Shown in pieces: positions 18,000 through 23,869 of a DNA stretch of 28,701 nt. Made by a program: the position numbers and the translations under genes. The notes below the pieces were generated by a model. The model was not told the origin of the DNA, did not search any database, and worked only from the letters and a program-made list of their open reading frames with translations. This DNA comes from a virus. Taxonomy: Duplodnaviria; Caudoviricetes. Each line of letters starts with the position of its first letter. The first letter of the stretch is position 1. Location: IMG/VR virus record IMGVR_UViG_3300037440_000936, positions 1 through 28,701 of that record; one strand, 5' to 3'.

Positions 18000-18653
18000 T
18001 CAATTCTCCCCGGCCTGGGATGCCCGGTCGCGACGGATCGCGGCGGTCTGGTTGATCCACCCCAGCACCCGGGCGACGCGCACGCCCGTCTCGCCCGGAT
18101 CGGCGACCCCTTGCCGCTCAAGGTAGAGCTCGGTCTCGTCGCGAATGGCCCGGATCAGCACCCGCAGCAACTCTTCTTCCTCGGGCGCCAGTTCGGTCCA
18201 GGGGATCTGCTGCAGCACGTAGCCCTCCAGATCGGCCAGGGTGACCTGGTCGTCGCTGCCGAGCAGCGAAATGGCATCGGCGGTGATCCGCTCCGTCGGC
18301 CGGGCCCAGCCGGGCCGCTCTTCAAGCACGCGGGCGACGGCCGCGCGCACCGCCAGTTCGGTGAGCACGGGGTGCTCTTCGGTGGCCCGCATGACCGCGC
18401 AGCCGGAAAGGGCCGGCGTCATCAGCATCCCCAAACTGACGGCGACCAGTAGGCACTGCAGCCCGCTGAGCTTGACCTTTTTCAAGTCGATGGGCTGACC
18501 GGTGATCAGCCGCAGCCCCAGGTTGCCGAGGGCCAGGATGAGGGTCTGTGCTTCCGGCGGGACGACAGCGCCGAATTTCGCCTGGGCCACGATGCCGACG
18601 ACGGCGAGCAGGTTGACCCAGAGGGTCTTGGACGTCAGGGGACTTTTACCCAT
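18000..18653 (-). CDS. Holin-like two-TM domain fused to an internal lipoprotein signal and a soluble domain
   Basis: SKTLWVN...NLGLRLITGQPI small phage membrane-protein motif; then KKVK, a hydrophobic stretch and lipobox LSGC (Cys85). Confidence 0.65.
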   Translation of the reverse strand: MGKSPLTSKTLWVNLLAVVGIVAQAKFGAVVPPEAQTLILALGNLGLRLITGQPIDLKKVKLSGLQCLLVAVSLGMLMTPALSGCAVMRATEEHPVLTELAVRAAVARVLEERPGWARPTERITADAISLLGSDDQVTLADLEGYVLQQIPWTELAPEEEELLRVLIRAIRDETELYLERQGVADPGETGVRVARVLGWINQTAAIRRDRASQAGEN

Positions 18654-19080
18654 GGTTTGCTCCTTGGTTGGCGGCCTCGGCCGCGATGATCAGGGTTTCC
18701 GGCGGGTTCTTCCGCCGCCAGAAGGCCGGGCCGCCGAACAGACGGACCGCCTCGTAATAGATCCGCGCCCGCCGCCGGCGCAGCCAGCTCAACCAGCCCG
18801 GCCCGCCGCACGCCTCGATCAGGCGAAGCAGGTTGTTCAAAAACGCTCGGTCCGCCGCGTCCTTGTCGGTAATCGTCTCCCCGGCGACGTACATCCAGTC
18901 GTGGATGTTGCAGGCCGGCGAGACGTCCAGGCCGTACATGGTTTCCGGCACGATGGCGCCCTTCCAACCATCGGTACCGCAGCCGTTGGTTGCCAGGCGC
19001 CGCACTTCAGGCGGGGCCGCGACGTAGGAGGACGGGGCGTAGAGGGTAGCGTTCGAAACTTTGGCCGGAATCAGGCGCAT
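18646..19080 (-). CDS. Phospholipase A2-like / DUF1353-like protein
   Basis: Start re-called at ATG 19080 (AGGAGG RBS); NGCG...ACNIHDWMY...KDAADRAF...YYEAVRLFG motifs. Confidence 0.65.
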   Translation of the reverse strand: MRLIPAKVSNATLYAPSSYVAAPPEVRRLATNGCGTDGWKGAIVPETMYGLDVSPACNIHDWMYVAGETITDKDAADRAFLNNLLRLIEACGGPGWLSWLRRRRARIYYEAVRLFGGPAFWRRKNPPETLIIAAEAANQGANHG

Positions 19081-19652
19081 GAGGCCTCCTGACAAATGCG
19101 GGCGATGTTGTCGTAACGCCGCCGCACATCATCGGCGCGCTTGCGGGCCCAAGCGGTCGTGAGCTTGTAATCCAGGATGGCCGAAGCGTCGACCGGCAGG
19201 GCCCGCCGCTTGAAATGTTGAACGGCCTTGCCGCTGTAATCGAGGTGGAACTGGTTATGGTAGTCGCACAAGTGCAGAAAGGCCTCTTCGTTGACCAGGT
19301 GCAGATCCGCGTTGGCGACCACCCGGAGCACATGGCGTGCGATGGCGTCGAACTCCTCGTCGTCCAGGCGGTCGACCGTGGCGGAGGCGGCCAGGAGTTT
19401 GGCGTTGTATTCGGGCAGCTTGGCCACGGCACAGACCTGAAGCACCAGGACGTCGATCTCAAAAGGGGAGAAGCCGCACTCGGCCAGCCCCTCGCGGGCG
19501 TGGCGGTTGTGGCGCAGATCGAACTGGCAGACCCCGAAGGAATAACCGGAACGCCCCGGGCCGTCCGGATCGGAGAACCGATAGGCGGCGGAAGCGACCC
19601 CGCCCAGCTCGTTGGCCAGGAGTATCCGGCGAAGAAGGTCACGCAGATCCAT
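19071..19652 (-). CDS. Putative endolysin, lysozyme-like fold
   Basis: Start re-called at ATG 19652 (GAGG RBS); helix-NE followed by the SGYSFGVCQFD beta-hairpin motif and DYHNQF; first gene of the late operon. Confidence 0.65.
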   Translation of the reverse strand: MDLRDLLRRILLANELGGVASAAYRFSDPDGPGRSGYSFGVCQFDLRHNRHAREGLAECGFSPFEIDVLVLQVCAVAKLPEYNAKLLAASATVDRLDDEEFDAIARHVLRVVANADLHLVNEEAFLHLCDYHNQFHLDYSGKAVQHFKRRALPVDASAILDYKLTTAWARKRADDVRRRYDNIARICQEASCA

Positions 19653-19670
19653 GGACAGCCTCAATAAATA

Positions 19671-19879
19671 TGCGGGGAGCGGCCGCTCATCCGCTCCCCG
19701 CAAGCCCCGGCAGAATTGGAGGGGGCCGATTCGCGCTCCCCGAGCGGTGGGGAGGGGCCGCCCGTATCGGAGCGGCCCTGCCTGGTGGTTCTCGTCAACT
19801 TGTTGGGTTTTCAAAGGTGGCCCCGGAGAGGTCAGCTCCGGGGCCGATTTCAGGAGGTATGGCCACCATGGCCAATGTC
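19671..19879 (-). other. Highly structured 5' leader or possible ncRNA upstream of the endolysin gene
   Basis: Six consecutive inverted repeats: 19860-74, 19819-45 (10 bp), 19755-78, 19736-54, 19704-26 and 19671-702 (12 bp). Confidence 0.55.
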
Positions 19880-19885
19880 GGGGTC

Positions 19886-19930
19886 AGAATAGCGGGGTTG
19901 GGGCGGGAAGTCTTTTGACGGGCGTCAAAA
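19886..19930 (-). promoter_or_regulatory. Putative Mor/C-activated late promoter
   Basis: Dyad TTTTGACG-NN-CGTCAAAA (19913-19930) about 21 nt upstream of the -10 TATTCT (19891-19886), with no canonical -35; located just downstream of mor. Confidence 0.65.
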
Positions 19931-19962
19931 AAGAAAAGGCCCCGCCGGAGAGAGGCGAGGCC
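19927..19962 (-). terminator. Rho-independent terminator closing the early/middle region
   Basis: GGCCTCGCC-tctctcc-GGCGGGGCC stem followed by TTTTCTTTTTT on the minus strand. Confidence 0.85.
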
Positions 19963-20026
19963 ATGGAACGCTAAACAAATACGCCAAGAGGGGACCGGTG
20001 TCAACCCCTCACGTGGCGGCTACTCT

Positions 20027-20380
20027 TCATTCCTCGAAGAGCCCCCCTTGCCGGGCCGCCTGATCGGCCGCCCGGACCTGCTCGATGACCCGGTAGACGT
20101 GGCGGACGGTCACCCCGAATTCCTGGGCCAGGGCGAAATGGTTGGAGCCGTTGAACTTGCGGTACATCTCCAGGTCGCGCAGGGCAAGCTCGTACTCCTT
20201 GCCCTTGGCCAGATAGAGATTCTGTCCGGCCCACTCCTTGCGGATCAACTCGGCAATGTCCCACCCGGCCGCCCGGGCCCGGGCGGAAGGGAGCTCGTAC
20301 TTCTCCGCCAGCAACTCCGCCGCCTTGTCGACCAGGTCCCGCAGCAATTCCGGATATTTGTTCTCAGCCGTGTTATCCAT
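20027..20380 (-). CDS. mor: Mor/C family transcription activator
   Basis: Start re-called at ATG 20380 (TGATG overlap); YPELLRDL...WAGQNLYLAKG...RDLEMYRKFNGSNHFALAQEFGVTVRHVYRVI. Confidence 0.93.
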   Translation of the reverse strand: MDNTAENKYPELLRDLVDKAAELLAEKYELPSARARAAGWDIAELIRKEWAGQNLYLAKGKEYELALRDLEMYRKFNGSNHFALAQEFGVTVRHVYRVIEQVRAADQAARQGGLFEE

Positions 20381-20958
20381 CAATACAGCCCCCGCTCTTT
20401 CAGCCGACAAACCAGGGCATCGTGGTATTCCGCCGGGCAGTGCTTGCGGATATAGAGCCGCGGCTCCGGATCGTCGAGCTGGGTCAGCCACCACTGTGGC
20501 CCGTGCGCCTTCACCATGCCGCCCTCGAACATCTTCTTGAGGGCCTCGATGGCGAGATAAGCCTCCCGAGCGGTGCGGACCTTGCCCTCCTTGATGCCTA
20601 GGCGGCGCTCCAGGAAGCGCTGCAGGCCGTCCGCATACTGCCACCGGATCAGGGCGGCCACGGCGTTCAACTTGTCGATCTCCGCCTGACTGGCCAGATG
20701 GACCACGTTCCGTCCCTTGGGACGCCGGGACGGACGGGGTTGGCGGGAGGAGATCGTGAAGCCGCGCGCATTGAACTCGTCCAGCAGCTCATCGGCCTGG
20801 ACGGCGGTGAGCTCCTTGCTTGAGGCGACCCCGAACATCCCGTGCAGCACGTCCCGGTAGGTGTCGTCATCCAGGCCGAGCTGCCCCTTGGCGATGTGGA
20901 TCATCTGGATCTGTTTCGGCCGGATCGGCTCGTTGCGGTTGCTCTGTTTCTGACTCAT
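20380..20958 (-). CDS. gemA: GemA / gp16 (DUF1018) regulatory protein
   Basis: IHIAKGQLGLDDDTYRDVL...GVASSKELT...GF and IEALKKM motifs; directly upstream of mor. Confidence 0.92.
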   Translation of the reverse strand: MSQKQSNRNEPIRPKQIQMIHIAKGQLGLDDDTYRDVLHGMFGVASSKELTAVQADELLDEFNARGFTISSRQPRPSRRPKGRNVVHLASQAEIDKLNAVAALIRWQYADGLQRFLERRLGIKEGKVRTAREAYLAIEALKKMFEGGMVKAHGPQWWLTQLDDPEPRLYIRKHCPAEYHDALVCRLKERGLY

Positions 20959-21818
20959 GACCCCTCCTTTTCCGCCAGCCGGCGAGCCTGCTCCCGGAGA
21001 TCCCGGCGGCGGGCTTCTTCGATTTTTCCGCCTTCCGGCACGCTTACTCCGCCGATGACACGATCAAACATTTCGTCGAATTTGGCCTTCGCGGCCATGA
21101 CTTTTCCCGGGTCGGCCGGCGGTTCCGGCAACTTCTCGGCATCCCGCCGGCGCGGCAGCTCGTCGGTCAGTTTCTCCGGGCCCGGCCACCAGTCCCGCAC
21201 ATGGGACAAAAGCCCGGAAAAGGCCGAGCGCACCCGGGCGGCTTCGTGGGGCAACACCCCGGCCTTGCCGAGTTCGTGCAGCCACAGGGAGGCCGTGCGG
21301 GCGACAGTGGCGGCCGGCGGGCAGTTGCCCAGGCGCCGGGCCAGGAGCAAGACCAGGCCGGCGGCGATCTCCCGGCGCAGCTGATCGGTCCCGGCCCAAT
21401 CGGCCAGGGCGTCGTCATGCTCCGGTCGACGATTCTCGATCAAACCGCCGGGTTCAGCCGGCGGCAGGGCACCGGTCGCCGCCACCGAAGCTAAAACGCT
21501 TTTGAGATACTCATGGTCCTTGAGCGGCCGCTTATCGCCCCGGTCCCGCTTCTTCCGCAGGGCCTCCACCGTCTCCCCCAGGGCGGCGGCCAGGATGCGC
21601 GGATCGGCGTCGAGCGCCAGCACCTCCTGCGTGAGCCGCAGGGTCCGGGACCAGGCCAGATCCCGAGACGCCGACCGGAACAAACCCAGATAGGCGACCA
21701 AGGGAACAAACAGCGGCCTGTTTTGCACAAACAGCGTCAGGAACTCGCGGGCGGCAATGTCTTCAGTGTAAGCATCGAGGCTGTTGGATGAGTGGCAGAT
21801 GGGACAACGGAGCTTCAT
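20955..21818 (-). CDS. Mu-like prophage hypothetical protein with N-terminal CxxC (two-domain)
   Basis: Start re-called at ATG 21818 (GGGAG RBS): MKLRCPICHSSNSLD...YLGLFR...PLKDHEYL; second domain AGLVLLLARRLGNCPPA...WPGPEKLTDELPRR. Confidence 0.75.
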   Translation of the reverse strand: MKLRCPICHSSNSLDAYTEDIAAREFLTLFVQNRPLFVPLVAYLGLFRSASRDLAWSRTLRLTQEVLALDADPRILAAALGETVEALRKKRDRGDKRPLKDHEYLKSVLASVAATGALPPAEPGGLIENRRPEHDDALADWAGTDQLRREIAAGLVLLLARRLGNCPPAATVARTASLWLHELGKAGVLPHEAARVRSAFSGLLSHVRDWWPGPEKLTDELPRRRDAEKLPEPPADPGKVMAAKAKFDEMFDRVIGGVSVPEGGKIEEARRRDLREQARRLAEKEGS

Positions 21819-21822
21819 TGCA

Positions 21823-22005
21823 TCAATTTCTCCCTTGCGCATGGCCGCGACGCCAGTGGCGCGCGGAGAACGAAGTCGGCACATACGGGCAGGCCGCTCC
21901 TTCCGGCGCCGCCAGCCCTTCCTGGCGGCAGCGCTCGGCGATTCCCTGCCAGAAGCGCAGGTTGGCGCCGGCCGCCGCCTCCCATTTCCAGTTCAGGCCG
22001 GCCAT
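21823..22005 (-). CDS. Small protein with an Rmf-like motif
   Basis: EG..A....CPY........W..G pattern; fills the gap between adjacent genes. Confidence 0.55.
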   Translation of the reverse strand: MAGLNWKWEAAAGANLRFWQGIAERCRQEGLAAPEGAACPYVPTSFSARHWRRGHAQGRN

Positions 22006-22226
22006 TTATCGGCCCGGCGGTATACGACCCGCTGGCAGTCGAGGGTTTCTTTCTCCAGAGGCAGATACCGATCGACCACTGTGATGTCCCGGTAGGCCTG
22101 TCGCACGGTGATGGCGAATTCTCCCGCCCAGGAATGCACGTTGATTCTGCCGCCGGACTGGAATTGGCAGATCATCATCGCCACCCGATCGGCCATGCTG
22201 TAGTCCTTTGCAATCTCGCTCTTCAT
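21993..22226 (-). CDS. Stand-alone winged HTH protein (HTH_11/DeoR-like)
   Basis: Start re-called at ATG 22226 (GAGGGA RBS); WAGEFAITVRQAYRDI resembles the LA.EFGVS.RTIYRDI motif. Confidence 0.7.
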   Translation of the reverse strand: MKSEIAKDYSMADRVAMMICQFQSGGRINVHSWAGEFAITVRQAYRDITVVDRYLPLEKETLDCQRVVYRRADKWPA

Positions 22227-22310
22227 CGTCGTTCCCTCGGAGAGTCTTCCGGTTTTGCAACTTGATTTGAGGCGGCTGCTCATCAGGCCCGGGGCGCCAC
22301 CGCCCGGGCG

Positions 22311-22348
22311 ACCGGATCCCTTTGCCGGCGGCGGCAAAGGGATCCGGT
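22311..22348. repeat. Perfect 17-bp inverted repeat with a 4-nt loop
   Basis: ACCGGATCCCTTTGCCG-gcgg-CGGCAAAGGGATCCGGT; a second 7-bp hairpin lies adjacent at 22287-22309. Confidence 0.9.
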
Positions 22349-22359
22349 TTCGCACGTGA

Positions 22360-22656
22360 CTAAATTTTCTTTACCCTAGAAGAGAAAACGATTTGAATGA
22401 ACTGCAACCAGACCATGCCCGCGTAGAATGCGAAGAGATCACGGAATTCCTGGCCGCAAAGACCGGCGAAACCCTGGGCTGAAAGCATCAGCCCAAGGCA
22501 GACCAGGCTGATCAGGACCAGTCTGGCTACGGTCGACCTAAACAGCCGTTTCAGCAAATACGGCGTTTTCATGATTCCCTCCGTGGATCGCATAGTCCCG
22601 GGCACATCCCGGTAATCGTCCCAACTCCGGTTGCCGATGCTGACCCCCATGGGCAT
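22360..22656 (-). CDS. Hypothetical two-TM membrane protein (alternative start at 22572)
   Basis: TAATG overlap with gam; internal GGAGGG-ATG at 22572; two hydrophobic segments; locally lower GC. Confidence 0.6.
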   Translation of the reverse strand: MPMGVSIGNRSWDDYRDVPGTMRSTEGIMKTPYLLKRLFRSTVARLVLISLVCLGLMLSAQGFAGLCGQEFRDLFAFYAGMVWLQFIQIVFSSRVKKI

Positions 22657-23153
22657 TACGCCACCTCCTTGAGCCGCTCTTGATCGATCTCGTAGCCGAA
22701 GACGTTCTCGGTCTTCAGGCTGGCGCCCACCGCCGCCAGGGTTTCGGTGGGCAGGTTCTTCATCGCCTCCTTGTCCGCCTCCTCCCGGATCCGGATGCAG
22801 CTCTTCAGATCGAGATCCTTGAGCGCCTGCAGAGTGTCGGCGATTCGCTTGATCATGATCTTGGTGGAGAGCCGGAAGCCGACCGAGCCGAAGGTCAGGA
22901 GCCGGGTCTTCACCTTGGCGAAGTCGCCGCGGTTGGCCTCGCAGAACTCCTTGACGGCCAACTCCAGGGCGGCCTTCTTCGCCAGCAACGGAGCGGCGCT
23001 CTCCTTGGTTTCGGCCTTGACCCGGTCGATTTGCTCGTTGGCGCTCGACTCTAACAGTCCGGCCTCGCGGTCGATCATGCCGATCTGCCGCAGGGCGTCG
23101 TCGACCTCGTCCCAATTCTCCAGTTGGGTGCCTGCCAGTCTTTTTCGTGCCAT
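22656..23153 (-). CDS. gam: Host-nuclease inhibitor Gam (Mu Gam, Ku-like)
   Basis: WDEVDDALRQIG...FCEANR...KTRLLTFGSVGFRLS...IRIREEADKEAM motifs. Confidence 0.93.
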   Translation of the reverse strand: MARKRLAGTQLENWDEVDDALRQIGMIDREAGLLESSANEQIDRVKAETKESAAPLLAKKAALELAVKEFCEANRGDFAKVKTRLLTFGSVGFRLSTKIMIKRIADTLQALKDLDLKSCIRIREEADKEAMKNLPTETLAAVGASLKTENVFGYEIDQERLKEVA

Positions 23154-23180
23154 TTGCTTTTCCTTTCGTTTTCGTGGTTT

Positions 23181-23339
23181 CTAGTGCACAACCTCACCGC
23201 CGGCAACGAGATACAGCGCGGTCTGCTCGACGCCGGCCGGGTCGGCCAGATATTCCATAAAAGTGATGTCCATCAGCGCCCGCAGGCGCAGTTCGATGAA
23301 CCGATCGGCCAGATGGTTGAGGGCGGTATCGCTGATCAT
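23181..23339 (-). CDS. 52-aa hypothetical protein
   Basis: MISDTALNHLADRF...ITFMEYLADP; ATGA overlap and GGAGG RBS. Confidence 0.65.
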   Translation of the reverse strand: MISDTALNHLADRFIELRLRALMDITFMEYLADPAGVEQTALYLVAGGEVVH

Positions 23340-23461
23340 GGTTCCTCCCTGGAGATGATTTCCTCCATCCGCCGGTCGGCGTTGCCGCCGGCCGCGGCCA
23401 GGGCGGTTATGACGACGCCGATCAGCAGCCCGAGAAGAAACGCGATTATGATCCATGCCAT
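23336..23461 (-). CDS. 41-aa single-pass membrane protein
   Basis: MAWIIIAFLLGLLIGVVITALAAAGGNADRRMEEIISREEP; GGAGG RBS. Confidence 0.7.
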   Translation of the reverse strand: MAWIIIAFLLGLLIGVVITALAAAGGNADRRMEEIISREEP

Positions 23462-23634
23462 GGTCTGACCTCCGCGAGTGGGTTGCGGCCCCGGTGCCAG
23501 GGTCGTTGTTGGGGAGCGGAATCCGGAACGCCGGAAACGTCCATGGAACAACCGGGACACAGGCCTAGATGCTGGCGCCGGCGGCAGGTAGTGGCCGGAA
23601 CCCGGGCGCGTAAACGCTTGCAGTCGATGGTCAC
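23446..23634 (-). CDS. 62-aa Cys-rich hypothetical protein
   Basis: GTG start overlapping the upstream TGA; C-x11-C-x8-CxxC pattern. Confidence 0.55.
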   Translation of the reverse strand: MTIDCKRLRARVPATTCRRRQHLGLCPGCSMDVSGVPDSAPQQRPWHRGRNPLAEVRPWHGS

Positions 23635-23816
23635 GCCGGCACCCCCTTTGACCAGGTCCTCTCGATGACCCGCACCCGCCCCTGGGGGGCGACCTGACGG
23701 GTTTTGGCCCAACCGCAAACCAGGCAGCTGACCACTTGGAGCTTTTCCCCCTGGCCAAGATATTCGACGCCGAACATCAAGCTGCCCGCCCCGGCCTTGC
23801 ACTTTCCACAACGCAT
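23631..23816 (-). CDS. 61-aa zinc-ribbon protein
   Basis: CGKC...CLVCG; strong AAGGAGG RBS. Confidence 0.75.
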   Translation of the reverse strand: MRCGKCKAGAGSLMFGVEYLGQGEKLQVVSCLVCGWAKTRQVAPQGRVRVIERTWSKGVPA

Positions 23817-23838
23817 AGTAACCCTCCTTTTTGAAATC

Positions 23839-23864
23839 GCCGCTAGCCGCTAGCCACTAGCCGC
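23839..23864. repeat. Heptamer tandem repeat (GCCRCTA) x3.5
   Basis: gccgcta gccgcta gccacta gccgc, in the spacer after the ATPase gene. Confidence 0.8.
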
Positions 23865-23869
23865 CGGTT

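Noticed and set aside
19653-19814. N-terminal extensions given by the ORF track (endolysin from 19814; also mor from 20644, spike from 2143, 309-aa ORF from 21884, membrane ORF from 23115)
   Set aside because: The extensions overlap upstream genes or hairpin-rich leaders and lack an RBS, while downstream ATGs have an RBS or stop-start coupling
19859-19918. Plus-strand micro-ORF (MATMANVGVRIAGLGREVF) behind AGGAGGT
   Set aside because: It lies across the late promoter with no plus-strand promoter evident; the motif is more simply read as an anti-SD on the minus-strand leader, though the ORF is not fully excluded
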